64,000 bases of DNA from Calditrichia bacterium (GCA_963796965.1 CAWCNS010000007.1:736001-800000), one strand, 5' to 3'. Positions 41,608 to 53,675 are shown, counted from the stretch's first letter. Made by a program: numbers and translations. The notes: generated from the sequence alone by a model not told the origin.

Positions 41608-44194
41608 ATGATAATAATAACGCCTTCCTGTCTAAAAAATACCACAAGGTTAATTATATCTTTGGTGCAATTTACTGTGTTATCCTCAGTTTTTGTACTT
41701 AACCCTTTAGTGTATGCATCGAACATCCAGAGACTTTCTTTTCCGGGTGATGGTAATCTCTTACATGTAAGTAACTGGCAAATCTCCTCAGAAGAGCATA
41801 ATATTTCTGATGATATTAATTTACCTATGTTGGCACCATCATCCTGGGACCAGGTTACCTTTCGGAGCATTTTCCATATTACTGATTCACTTCAAAACAA
41901 AAACCTGAATTTGCGAATCAGTAAAATTATTGGAATTGCTTCCATAAAAATCAATAACATTGCAGTCCGGCATCGTCTGAATTATCCAACCAATTTTACC
42001 ATACCAATACCCCAAAATTTACTCAACACAAATGGGGAGAATTCACTTGAGATTGACATAAAAAAACTTCAATCACCGGATGAAGGTATTCCTGAAATGG
42101 TTCGTTTGTTTAGCAGGGAGAAAAATCTGGGGATCTGTGGTGAAGTTTATCTAACCTGGGACAAAAATGTACGTTTCTCAGGGATGAATCATAGATATAG
42201 CAATAAGAGTCTTAGCTATCACTATCAATTAATTATTAATGACCCTACCCTTATCTCAAAAGCGCCTTTTTCCAAAATTCGGTGTGAAGAGGAGATCCTT
42301 GCTCCGGATGGGATGATCATTCATAAGCGTTTTGAATACCTTGATCTATCTGAGTTAAATAAGAATTTTACACGGACTATAAATATCACCGAACCACAGT
42401 TATGGTCAGCCGACACAAGTTTGTTCTATACCATTAGCTTACGTGCCTTATCAGGATTGGGATCGGTTGCCTCATTTGAACAAAAGATAGGCTTGCGCGA
42501 ATTTGATATTAAAGAAGGAAATTTTTATATCAATGAACAAGCCACAAAAATAAAGGGCTGCACTTATAGGATTAACTATCCTGTTTATTTATCAGATGAT
42601 ATTGAGAAACAATCAATTTCTTTTTATAAACAGATAAGAGATGATCTGATCGATATCAAAAAGATCGGATTCAATTCAATTCGCTTCCCGCAGGATGCTG
42701 CCCATCCCTATTGTTTTCATCTGGCTGATTCATTAGGGCTCTACCTGTTCATTGAGAATGGATTTTGGCGGATTCCGGAACCATATTTTAAAAATGATCG
42801 CCTGTTACAAGCATCAAAAACAATAGCAGATGAAGCCATCACGGACTATGCACATCATCCTTCATTTATGGCACTTGGATTAGGAACAGAAATACCAATT
42901 CATCTCCCGGCGGTAGAAAAATTTATCCTCATATTAAAACGATATATTGAGCAGAAATCATCAGTAGCGTTATATCTCATTCCCTTAAATCATCACTTTA
43001 TCAAAACAAAACCGGTTACAGATTTTTATATCTTCAATAAATATGACATTTCCCTCTTAACGAATTATGAGGAAGTATTAAATTTCTTCAGGAATAATAG
43101 TCATACGGATATTAAACCTTTATGGGGGAATGTGGGATTTTCACTCTCTAATGGCAATGAAATTGAGGATAATTCTATCTCTGAGAATATTCAGGCAACA
43201 AAAATGAATTCATTTTTTCAACTTTTAAATACAAATTCGAATCACAACGGATATTTTATAGAAACGTATCGAGATTGGCAATCAGATGTACCAGCACGTA
43301 TTGCACTCAGTTCTGATGATGGTCGGTGCGTGTATCCCTATGGTTTATTAGATTGGAAGGGAAATAAACGAAAAATCTATCATTTAATGCCAGAGCTTCT
43401 AAATAATCAAATAAGAACCTCTATAATGAAGCCATTGGATGTAATTAAAACAAATTATTTTAGCATTTCTGTGTTTATTTTATCAATATTTTTCTTTTAT
43501 ATTTACCAAAGAGATTATCGATTCAGGGAGAATCTAAAAAGATCACTATCCCATCCATTCGGCTTTTTTGTGGATCTGCGTGACAGGCGAATCATTTCCA
43601 TTTTAGATTCTACCATCATTGGTCTTTATACAAATTTTTTAGTGGCAACCATCATTGCTGCCTATCTCTTCTTTATGCGTGACAATTTACTATTCGATGA
43701 ATATCTCAGTTCTGTTCTTGTTCCTCTAAACCTAAAATCATTCTATGTCAAAATCATAGATTCACCCATGAAAATATCATTTTTAATTTGGATATTTTTT
43801 TATTTCATGCAATTAACTGTTGTAATCATCCTAAAAATTCTTAACTTATTTGCTGTTGAAAAAATCAGGTTCCGGCAGTATTTGGCTATTTGCAACTGGG
43901 CGGGGGCTCCCCTACTATTTTTATTACCGGCAAGTTTGCTTTCCTATCACCTGATGTTTTATAAATGGTATTACTGGTTATGCTATTTTAATCCTGGTAA
44001 TTTTCTTCTTATGGTATAATTTCCGATTAGGAAACAGCCTGCGTGTATTGCTAACTATGAGGGTTTTTAAAACGTTTGCCCTTTTAATAATCGCATATGG
44101 AGGAGCATACTTCCTCTTTCGGGTGATATTTGAAAAAAATTACGGTTTAATATCTTATTTTAATCTTTTAAACGACGCAATTCTTTTATTCTGA
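41608..44194 (+). CDS. GH2-fold protein with C-terminal multi-TM domain, probably non-catalytic, frameshift near 43975
   Basis: GH2 architecture (PQLWS, KIGLREF, GFNSIR, HPS, YGLLD) followed by hydrophobic helices; the shifted frame continues LVIFFLWYNFRLG...ILLF* to 44194. Confidence 0.78.
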
Positions 44195-44208
44195 ATTCCT
44201 GAGGTCTA

Positions 44209-47200
44209 ATGTACTTATCTAATCTGGAATTAATGGGCTTTAAATCCTTTGCCCAAAAAACAAAATTGAAATTTACAGACGGTATATCATGTGTTATCGG
44301 ACCTAATGGGTCTGGCAAGTCTAATATTGTGGATTCGATTCGCTGGGTTTTGGGTGAACAAAAAGCCTCAACACTCCGTACGGACAAAATGGAAAGTGTT
44401 ATTTTCAATGGATCTAAAGATCGCAAACCTCTTAATGTTGCGGAGGTTTCGATGACCATACATAATAATAAAAATGTTCTGTCAAGCGAATTCACTGATA
44501 TTGTGATTTCACGCCGACTTTATCGGTCTGGTGAAAGTCAGTATTTTATTAATAAAAGTGCCTGCCGCCTCAAAGATATCCACAATCTGTTTATGGACAC
44601 TGGTATGGGTGCCAACTCCTATTCTGTTATTGAGTTGAGCATGATTGAAAGTATCATCAGTGAGAATCCTTCTGAGAGGCGTCATTTATTCGAGGAAGCC
44701 GCTGGTGTAACCCGATATAAAGCCCACAGGAAATCTGCCCTTAGAAAACTTGACTCTACCCATCAGGATATGAGTAGAATTGATGACATTATATCGGAGA
44801 TTACCAGGAACGTTAACAGTCTTATCCCGTCAGGTTGGCAAAGCCAGGCGATATCTGAAATTTCAGGATGAATTAAAAAATCTTGATATCGGTCTTTCTC
44901 GCTATAATTTCACACACCTGCAAGATCAGATTGCTCCTTTGAAAAAAACATTAGAAGAGATAAGTCTGATAAAAGAGGACACCAGTCAACAAATCACCCT
45001 GGAAGAGGCTATCCTTGAAGAATATAAGAGAGAATTAATTCAAACCGAACAAAGCATCAGTATATTTTCACAACAGCTTCATGAACAGGATGAAAAGTTA
45101 CATCAAATTAAAGAGCAGGCAGCAATTGCTAACACCCGTTCGCAGAACTTACAGGATAATATTAAACGAAATCTCGATGATATTGAAGATTACGAAAATA
45201 AATCGAAAGTACTGCTCGGAAGATCAAAGGAGACCAAAGAATCTCTTAATAACGCATCAAAAAAATATGAAGACATTCATTCCCGATATGATCAACAAAA
45301 TACAAAAGCACAAAAACGTGTTGCAGAATTACGTGAAAAAAAGGAAATCCTCGATAAAATCAATTCAGATCAGAGGAAACATCTGGGAACAGTGCAATCG
45401 TTGCGGGAAATCCTTCAACAAAAAAAATACCAGATTCAGTGGAATACAGAACAACTTGAACTTTACAACTCCGAGAATCAATCCCTTACTGATGCAAAAG
45501 ATAATCTAGAAGAAAAACTCAAAGAAATTCTGAAGCTGAAAACAGGAAAAAGAAAACCAGAAATCAAAATTTCAGGCAACACAGGATGAATCTCAACAGA
45601 GAATAGATGATATTGACAGTAAAATCGCTGAGAATGACAATAAAACTAATCAGTATAAAGTCAAAATTGAGAGTCTAACGTCTCAACTTTCCTTCTATCA
45701 GGATGTTTTGTCCAATTATCAGGGCCACCTGGAAAGTACCCGTACACTTATGATCAACAAAAGTGTTTTTCCAGGTATCCATGGTCCCATTTCTGATTTA
45801 ATTGACATTCCCGAATCCTATGCCCCGGCGTTAGAAGTTGCTTTAGGCGATGCTATCAACTATCTGGTTGTAAATGATGTCTCTACAGCTGAAAATATTA
45901 TTAAATATATTGAAGAAAAGAAACTCGGTCGGGTCACGTTAATTCCTCTTGAATTAATTAAAAAACTAAAAATTGGCCTCGAGAAAATGGAAAACAATAA
46001 CTCCCTGCTGGATCAGGTAAAATGCGAGGCTGATTATCAGGCTGTATTAACTCTACTTCTTGGAGATGTAATTCTCGTAGAGAATCTTAAGGAGGCTATA
46101 GAATTGGCTTCCAAAAATCCCGAATATCGCTATGTCACCCGAAGTGGGAAAATGCTTAATAAATTTAAGGGAATCAGTGGCGGACACAAATCTGATCCGG
46201 AAACATCTCTTATCGGGCGCAAAGAACACATCGCAAATATCGAGAAAACTCTCAAAGACCTGGGAGACAAGTTTTCCGGAGCGAATAGGGACATTGATAA
46301 GTTGCGTCAGCAAAAAGAAAAATGTATCTCAGAGTTTGAAACATTAAGACAAGAGGTCATGTTAAGAGAGTCAAGTATTAGAGAACTTGAAAGAAAAGAA
46401 ACAGAGATTCAGGTTCAAAAGCAAAACAATACGGATTCACTTGATAAACGTTTATCAGACAAGAATGACGTTCTTTCACAAATATCCTCACTAGAAAATG
46501 AAATAGAAATTGATGTAAAAAAACTATCTAATCACGAAAAAGAATTAGAATTGATCGAGAAACGTATTTCTGAATTAACGATAACCTATGAATCAGAAGA
46601 AAAGAGTGTACAGGAAAACACTGAAATCACTCAAAAAATGAATGTTGAGCGAATAAATGCTCAAAATGCATTATCCAATTTTGATTCTGATTTCAAACGT
46701 CTCCAATCTGATATTGAGGAAACTGAGAAGTTATGCAATAAGAGAAAATCTGAGATTGAAGAAATGCAGACAGAAATTGACCAGATAGAAAAGGACTCAG
46801 AAGAGAGGGACAAAAATAAGAAATCAATACTTGAAGATCATGATAAGATAGAAAAAGAAAAAATCGAAGTGGAACAGGGATATCATGAAGTAAAAGATAA
46901 AATTATAAATCTTGAGAACCAGATAAAAAAGTTTCGGAAGCAACACGATTCATCCCTGGAACGAACACGCCAATTAGAATTGGAAATTCAGGAAAGCGAA
47001 ATGAAATCGGAGTCAATTAAGGAGAGAATTCGTCAGGAATATAATGAAGATGTTAGTGTTGGGATCTCTTATGATGGGTTAAACGTAGAAGAAAGTGAAC
47101 AGCAGATTGAAACCCTCAAGTTTAAACTCAGTCAAATGGGACAAGTCAATCCACTGGCTGTATCAGAATATGATAAAGAAAGCGAGCGTCTTGAATTCTA

Positions 47201-47730
47201 TACAAAGCAATACGATGATCTGAAAAAAGCAGAAAAAACGTTATTGGAAACTATTAACAAAATAAATACAACGGCACGCAACCAGTTTAAAGAAACATTT
47301 GATAATATTAAAACAAACTTTGAACGTGTATTTTCAAGTTTTTTTGTAAATGGAGAAGGTACTCTTAGAATTGACCAGGATACCGATCCTCTTGAAGCGA
47401 ATATAGAAATTCTGGTGCGTCCAAAGGGAAATCGCATGCAAACAATTAGTCTTGCTCTCGGGTGGAGAAAAAACCTTGACAGCGATATCATTACTTTTTT
47501 CTATTTATTTGGTTAAACCAAGTCCATTTTGTATACTTGATGAGATTGATGCACCACTGGATGATGTGAATATTGGAAGATTTACTCAAGCGCTCGGTGA
47601 CTTTTCCAAAGAGACTCAATTCATTGTGGTCACCCATAACAAGAGAACTATGGAATCAGCAGGTACGCTATATGGTGTGACAATGGAAGAAGAGGGATTA
47701 TCTAAGCTGGTTTCCGTAAAATTTAACTAA
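44209..47730 (+). CDS. smc: Chromosome segregation protein SMC, split by about three frameshifts
   Basis: GFKSF, Walker A GPNGSGKSN, FEEAAG, hinge GRVTLIPL, signature LSGGEK and Walker B LDEIDAPLD across ORFs 44209, 44780, 45708 and 47452. Confidence 0.96.
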
Positions 47731-47740
47731 GAGGTACGAG

Positions 47741-49153
47741 ATGAAGCCTTTACGAATGTTCAAAGCCATACTGATTCTATTATCTCTCTTAAGTGTAGCA
47801 TCTGCACAATTAGATTTTCTTGCGTTAAATGTTGATTATGCTACCTTCTCCGGAAAATATGATAAAACATATACAGAAGTATATGTATCCTTTTTCCAGT
47901 CAGACCTGACATATAATATTGAAGACACATTAAATGTAGCACACTTTTCGCATCTGGTCAAAATAATGCAGAATGATTCTATCATTCATGAGTTCTCCAG
48001 AAATTATCAAAACGATATTCCATTGGACACAGAACCAGGGCTGGGAAGTCAATTCATGGATGTTTTTGCTTTTGAGTTAGAACCTGGTGATTATACTATT
48101 GTCACCTATATTACCGATAATATCTCCAAAAGGCAGGGTGAATATAAATTGGAAGCAGACATTCCCCTATATAAATCCGGGTTGTCTTTAAGCGACATTC
48201 AGATAGCAACAAAAATCTCTAAAACTGATAAAAAATCAAACTTTAGTGCAAAGAATAATCTGGAAATTCTTCCAAATCCTAGCCGAACCTATGGCATCGC
48301 ACAGCCCATCCTTTATTTTTATTTTGAAGTTTATGATCTAAAATTAAATACAAATAAACAGAATCGTTATAATTATCACTACTATATTTCCGATGTTGAT
48401 GGTCGAAGAGTAAGAGATTTTGCTGAAAAAGTTAAATCAAGCGGATCAAAAGTTATCGCCGAGGCCGGTGGTACAAATATCATTACCCTCGCTTCCAATT
48501 CCTACTTCCTGAATATTGAAATTGAAGATTTACAATCAAGGAAAAAGGCTTTAGCCCGGAAAAAATTTCGGGTTTACAAACCGAGCCGGCAATCCAGTGA
48601 GGAACAAATTCAGGCTCGTATGGAAGGTTACGAAGAGTATATGGGGTATAGCAAAGAGCAGTTAGAGACAGAATTTAAACAGGTAACCTACATCGCAAGT
48701 AAACAAGAGGTCAATATTTTTGAAGAATTAGATACGGCAGGGAAAAGAAGGTTCTTGGCTGAGTTCTGGAAAAGACGCGATCCGGACCAAACCACAGAAG
48801 TTAATGAATATAAAGGTGAATATTTTGAGAGTCTGCAATACGCTAATGCTACATTCTCCAGTGCCTTTAAGGAAGGCTGGCGGACAGATCAGGGGCGGGT
48901 CATTCTGGTATACGGAAAACCCGACGAAATAGAGCGAAATCCAAGCAGTCTAAATACTTCCCCTTATGAAATCTGGTATTATTATGCGCTCGAGGGTGGT
49001 GCTGAATTTGTATTTGGGGATCTGACCGGTCATGGGGATTTTGAGTTATTGCATTCAAATTACCGAAATGAAATAAAAGATCCCACCTGGAGAGAAAGAA
49101 TTGGCGCTGTTCGAAGGGACTTTGGTGGCGATACTGGAATTGATAATTATTAA
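47741..49153 (+). CDS. GWxTD domain-containing secreted protein
   Basis: FWKRRDP...NE...ANATF...GWRTDQGRV..YGKPD...YEIWYY; N-terminal signal peptide. Confidence 0.92.
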   Translation: MKPLRMFKAILILLSLLSVASAQLDFLALNVDYATFSGKYDKTYTEVYVSFFQSDLTYNIEDTLNVAHFSHLVKIMQNDSIIHEFSRNYQNDIPLDTEPGLGSQFMDVFAFELEPGDYTIVTYITDNISKRQGEYKLEADIPLYKSGLSLSDIQIATKISKTDKKSNFSAKNNLEILPNPSRTYGIAQPILYFYFEVYDLKLNTNKQNRYNYHYYISDVDGRRVRDFAEKVKSSGSKVIAEAGGTNIITLASNSYFLNIEIEDLQSRKKALARKKFRVYKPSRQSSEEQIQARMEGYEEYMGYSKEQLETEFKQVTYIASKQEVNIFEELDTAGKRRFLAEFWKRRDPDQTTEVNEYKGEYFESLQYANATFSSAFKEGWRTDQGRVILVYGKPDEIERNPSSLNTSPYEIWYYYALEGGAEFVFGDLTGHGDFELLHSNYRNEIKDPTWRERIGAVRRDFGGDTGIDNY

Positions 49154-49367
49154 ATAACTGCAGCCACACGTAATTTTATCATTTGGGTCATTTTCGAATT
49201 TCTCGCAAAGCCGCAGACGCAAAGAAATATAAAAATAATGATTTGAGAGAATAAATATAATAATTCCCAAAAAATCAACAAATAAACAACAAAATTAATT
49301 CGTAAAATTCGGTTTAATTAGTATCAGACACAGCCTGATCGCGAACATATCACTTCAGATAATGAAA

Positions 49368-50267
49368 TCATTTAGAATTCTGATTTCTTAATTTATTTCG
49401 AAAATCTTCACCCCAACCTAGCTTTTCACGGAGGATAGTGTAAAATTCCTGTTCCGGAATCTGAACCAGGTGGACATTATACTCTGCCTTTTCAAGACTT
49501 ACCTGTGTACCCACCGGATAAGTACCAATATGTTCCCCATCACCAAACACATTGAACTTCTTATGCTCACTTTCAATATCAAGTGTAATTTTAGTCTGGT
49601 CCGATACGACAATAGGCCTGTTACTTAACGTATGCGGGCATATAGGGTTTATAATAAAGGCATTGGTCTGTGGGGCGACAATAGGACCGCCATTGGCTAA
49701 CGAGTATGCAGTAGATCCTGTAGGAGTTGATATGACGATACCATCCGCCATATATGAGTTGAGGAGACGATTATCAATTTTAGTTGTTATGTTTATCAAT
49801 CTCGAGAATCCTGCCTTATCGACAACAAGATCATTAAGCAAAAAGTGCTCTTTTTGCTCCCCTTCAATTCTCACCATAAGAACACTTCTTTTTTCTACAT
49901 TCAACTGTCCTTTAAAGAAAGCATCAACATGTAAATTGGCCCATTCTACCGTTGAAGTGGTCAAAAAGCCCAATCCACCCAGATTAACGCCAAGAATTGG
50001 AATTTCACGTTTACCTATATGTCTGGCATTTCTTAATATCGTTCCATCTCCGCCAAAGGAAACAATTAAATCACTGGTCTCAAGTAATTCTAATTCGGTT
50101 TTAATTGATATATGTGAGGGAAGGCTTGAATAAATTGCCTTCAATGAATCTGGTACCTGGTAGACGTGTTCACTTTCTTTAACAAGAGTGAAAAATTCGA
50201 GAAGCACATCTTTTATAATCGATTTATTGGTATTGGCAAGTATCCCAACATACTTCATCGTTACCAC
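49368..50267 (-). CDS. nadK: NAD(+) kinase
   Basis: GGDGT, GVNLGGLGFL, LND and DG...TPTGSTAYSLANGGP motifs. Confidence 0.96.
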   Translation of the reverse strand: MVTMKYVGILANTNKSIIKDVLLEFFTLVKESEHVYQVPDSLKAIYSSLPSHISIKTELELLETSDLIVSFGGDGTILRNARHIGKREIPILGVNLGGLGFLTTSTVEWANLHVDAFFKGQLNVEKRSVLMVRIEGEQKEHFLLNDLVVDKAGFSRLINITTKIDNRLLNSYMADGIVISTPTGSTAYSLANGGPIVAPQTNAFIINPICPHTLSNRPIVVSDQTKITLDIESEHKKFNVFGDGEHIGTYPVGTQVSLEKAEYNVHLVQIPEQEFYTILREKLGWGEDFRNKLRNQNSK

Positions 50268-50277
50268 CTGTTTAATT

Positions 50278-50502
50278 TTATTCTTCGAAGGCTTCTAAAC
50301 TTATATTTTCGGCCTGATCTCCACTAAGAACACTTATTTTTTTTTCAACATCATCGAGTTTGCTAAGACAGTATTTAATAAGATCAGAGCCCTCTTCATA
50401 TAATTTTGTCATATCTTCGAGAATTATATCACCATTCTCTAGTTCTGCTACAATTTCATTAAGCCTTATTATGGCATTTTCAAAAGTTTTCTTATTTGTC
50501 AT
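50278..50502 (-). CDS. xseB: Exodeoxyribonuclease VII small subunit
   Basis: FENAIIRLNEIVAELE.G...LYEEG; adjacent to xseA. Confidence 0.94.
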   Translation of the reverse strand: MTNKKTFENAIIRLNEIVAELENGDIILEDMTKLYEEGSDLIKYCLSKLDDVEKKISVLSGDQAENISLEAFEE

Positions 50503-51691
50503 GATTTTTATCCAATACCTTGCTGTTTATGTGCCCGTCTCTTAGTTTTATGGTAATCTGATCCTCAACTTCTACTCTGTTCACAGATGAAACAGGAATA
50601 CCCTCTTTTAACACCATCGCATATCCACGATTTAACACATTCATTGGATTGAGGGATATAAGACGTTCCTGATACCCCTCAATGGTATGTTTATATCCTG
50701 AAAATTGGTTTATACCAGACAGATGAAGACGTTGCGTCAATTCTTCTATAAGCAACATTTTCTGCTGCAGAATATCTTTTGGCCGTCTAAAAGCATAACT
50801 TTTCTGAATATTAATAACATCTTTACGCAAAGTGGATATATTTACCACAATTTTAGAAAAAAGTGATTTACCCATATCTCGAAACCAATTACGCATTTCA
50901 TTATCATCTGGTAAGGCCATTTCAGCAGCAGCGGAGGGCGTAGGGGCACGCAAATCAGCGACGAAATCACTTATCGTAAAGTCAATTTCATGGCCAACCG
51001 CAGAGATAACAGGGATAATAGAATCATGGATAGCCCTGGCAACTCTCTCCTCGTTAAATGCCCAAAGATCTTCAAGTGATCCACCACCTCTTCCCACAAT
51101 TAAAACATCTACCGGGCAATGAGCATTAAAGCGATCGATCGCACCAGCAATTTCATTTGCAGAACCATCACCCTGAACTTTAACGCCACAAATTATAAGC
51201 TCTGTTGAAGGAGAACGTCGTTTAGCAATGGAAAGAATGTCTTTTATAGCAGCACCAGTTGGAGAGGTGATGATACCAATTTTTTGCGGATAGGGAGGAA
51301 TTTCTTTTTTTATTGAAGGGTCAAACAAACCTTCTTCAGCTAATTTTTGCTTTAGCAATTCAAATTGCAATTGCAGGTCACCAAGCCCGGCGGGCTCAAC
51401 ACGCAACAAATCAAGCTGATATCTTCCTGCTTTTTCATAAACCCGGATAGTGCCAAATACACGTATCTGAAGGCCATCACGCATCTCCATCGATAATGAA
51501 GAGGCTCGGGATCGCCACATCACGCATGAAATCTGGGCATCACGATCTTTTAATGTAAAATAGAGATGCCCGGAGTGATGAGGACGAAAGTTTGAAACCT
51601 CACCTTCTACCCAGAGAGCAGGAAAACTATCCTCGAGTAAAAGTTTTACTTGTCTGGATATTTCACTAACAGAATAGACTTTTATATCCAT
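50492..51691 (-). CDS. xseA: Exodeoxyribonuclease VII large subunit
   Basis: GEVSN, SGHLYFTLKD, RGGGSLEDLWAFN, GHEID and RAPTPSAAAE motifs. Confidence 0.97.
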   Translation of the reverse strand: MDIKVYSVSEISRQVKLLLEDSFPALWVEGEVSNFRPHHSGHLYFTLKDRDAQISCVMWRSRASSLSMEMRDGLQIRVFGTIRVYEKAGRYQLDLLRVEPAGLGDLQLQFELLKQKLAEEGLFDPSIKKEIPPYPQKIGIITSPTGAAIKDILSIAKRRSPSTELIICGVKVQGDGSANEIAGAIDRFNAHCPVDVLIVGRGGGSLEDLWAFNEERVARAIHDSIIPVISAVGHEIDFTISDFVADLRAPTPSAAAEMALPDDNEMRNWFRDMGKSLFSKIVVNISTLRKDVINIQKSYAFRRPKDILQQKMLLIEELTQRLHLSGINQFSGYKHTIEGYQERLISLNPMNVLNRGYAMVLKEGIPVSSVNRVEVEDQITIKLRDGHINSKVLDKNHDK

Positions 51692-51738
51692 AGTAACAGA
51701 ATTAATCTACCAGACTTTAAGTTTAATTTATACTAAAA

Positions 51739-51831
51739 CTACTTCTTCTTTTTATGACGATCCTTGCGAAGCCTTTTTTTCCGCTTATGTGTCGCCATTT
51801 TTGCTCTTTTGCGTTTCTTACCGCTAGGCAT
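51739..51831 (-). CDS. 30S ribosomal protein bS22 (AURKAIP1/COX24 family), 30 aa
   Basis: Not in the ORF track. Reads MPSGKKRKRAKMATHKRKKRLRKDRHKKKK, preceded by an AAGGAAG RBS. Confidence 0.9.
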   Translation of the reverse strand: MPSGKKRKRAKMATHKRKKRLRKDRHKKKK

Positions 51832-52021
51832 ATTTTCTTCCTTAAATGTTTATTTTATAATTCCAAGTAATTGTTTTTTATTTTACATTTTTTGGATTCG
51901 GAGATTCATACATCAAAATACATCCCATCCATCAAATATGCGAATAAGTTAGGTAATTTACTGCAATCTTTGCTTAGTGGCAAATCCTTCGGGACTTTTT
52001 TTATCAATGATCAATATACAT

Positions 52022-53599
52022 TCACATAGCCGGTTCAACTCTGAGAGTATCATTCAGACAATTAAAATAATATATATCTAACTCATCAAGATAATTGTAG
52101 ATTGATGGCAAAAACATCTCAAAACGCCTATAGTCCTTATTTTCCTCGTTAGTCCAGGCAGATTCAGAGAACGCTATTATTCGAGGAAAACTCATAAAAT
52201 CAATCCATATTGGGGTTTTGAATCTTTCCGTCCATAAACATGCCTGTATCCCTTTTATTAATTCAAACTCTTCTGCAGTAAATGAATGCGTGCTATCAGG
52301 ATAGTGATATACATCCTGAATTGGACAAAAGCCGTCCCAACGACGGCCATTCTTATGCGAGTCGTGCTGTACAAAATCAAAATAGAGAGGTCTGCGAGGA
52401 CAAAGGATGATATTATATTCACCTTCCAGAGCGGCCTGAAGTCGCTCAGGTTTTTCATGATGCCACCAATACACTAATGTATTATCATTCGATAATCCGG
52501 CTTTTACAACGTCATCCCACCCCCCGACAATTTTGTCAAGCGTTTTTATGCTATCAGCCATTCGTTGAGAAAAATAATATTCAACTTCTTTGAGGTTAGA
52601 TAATTTCTCTCGCTTCATTAAAGATTTAATGGATTCATTTTTTCCCCATTCCTGGTTACCAAAATGTACCTCATCACCTCCAAAATGAATATATGGAGAC
52701 GGAAATAAATCACTTACCTCTCTGAGAATAGTTGTAAGATAGGCATAGGTTTCCTCTTTCCCAGGATTAAAAGTAAATTCAGGGTACCTTTCGCTTCCGC
52801 CACCAGAAAATTCAGGATAGGCCATATTTGCGGCCGTAGCATGTCCGGGCATTTCAATTTCAGGAATAATGGTAATAAATCTATCAGCGCCATAATCTAC
52901 AATTTCTTTAATTTCTTCCTGTGTATAAAAACTCACCGGAGCGTCAGGGTTGGTGTGATTTCCTTTGCCTCCAATAGTTGTTAATTTGGGAAATGCTTTA
53001 ATCTCTAAACGCCATCCGGGCGCATCAGTCAAATGCCAATGGAAAGTGTTAAGCTTTAAGATAGACATTAAATCGAGTAGCTGCATAACTTCTTCTTTAC
53101 CATAAAAATGACGCGCTTCATCAAGCAAATAACCCCTATATTCAAAACGAGGTTCATCATGAATAATACCACAAGGGATAGCATTATTCTGAGAAAATTT
53201 CATCCCTTGCCAAACCGTCATTAAACCATAAAAAATACCTTGTACATGCGAGGCTGTTATCAAAACCTTATTCTTTTCGACCTCCAATATATATGCTTCT
53301 TTGCCCATAGTATCCACAGTCGCCAATTCAAGAATAATTTTTTTACCAGATCCCCTGTTAACTGAAACGCCACTTTTATGTAACTTTTCTTTAAAAATCT
53401 TCACTGGAGATTTTAATATATTTTCTGAAAAAATAATATCAACACCCCGGTCAAAAGTAAAGCTGCCCGGTTGAACTGAAATAGAATTAGGATATGGATA
53501 AAGTATCCAATTCTCTGAATCGGGAGTACAACCAGTGATTATTAGTGCAAGTAAAGAAGTAAATAATAATAGTTTCATAATTTCTAATCCTAAGCCCAA
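52022..53599 (-). CDS. Beta-N-acetylhexosaminidase, GH20, lipoprotein
   Basis: DEPRFEYRG.LLDEARH, FHWHLTD, IPEIEMPGH, catalytic HFGGDE, YFD and LWTE motifs. Confidence 0.95.
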   Translation of the reverse strand: MGLGLEIMKLLLFTSLLALIITGCTPDSENWILYPYPNSISVQPGSFTFDRGVDIIFSENILKSPVKIFKEKLHKSGVSVNRGSGKKIILELATVDTMGKEAYILEVEKNKVLITASHVQGIFYGLMTVWQGMKFSQNNAIPCGIIHDEPRFEYRGYLLDEARHFYGKEEVMQLLDLMSILKLNTFHWHLTDAPGWRLEIKAFPKLTTIGGKGNHTNPDAPVSFYTQEEIKEIVDYGADRFITIIPEIEMPGHATAANMAYPEFSGGGSERYPEFTFNPGKEETYAYLTTILREVSDLFPSPYIHFGGDEVHFGNQEWGKNESIKSLMKREKLSNLKEVEYYFSQRMADSIKTLDKIVGGWDDVVKAGLSNDNTLVYWWHHEKPERLQAALEGEYNIILCPRRPLYFDFVQHDSHKNGRRWDGFCPIQDVYHYPDSTHSFTAEEFELIKGIQACLWTERFKTPIWIDFMSFPRIIAFSESAWTNEENKDYRRFEMFLPSIYNYLDELDIYYFNCLNDTLRVEPAM

Positions 53600-53675
53600 C
53601 CCATTTTTTCTCGGCGGCTATGCGGTCTCTGTATGAAATAAAATAAAGTTAAAGTGAAAGAATTTCCAGGGTGGG

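Noticed and set aside
45580..45600. Selenocysteine or stop-codon readthrough at the TGA ending ORF 44780..45589
   Set aside because: The coiled coil continues in a different frame, so this is a frameshift and not an in-frame TGA.
44209..47730. smc pseudogene or programmed frameshifting
   Set aside because: All motifs are intact and similar indels are scattered through unrelated genes with no consistent slippery site, so error is more parsimonious.
51764..51952. 62-aa plus-strand ORF
   Set aside because: Antisense to the bS22 gene and its upstream region.
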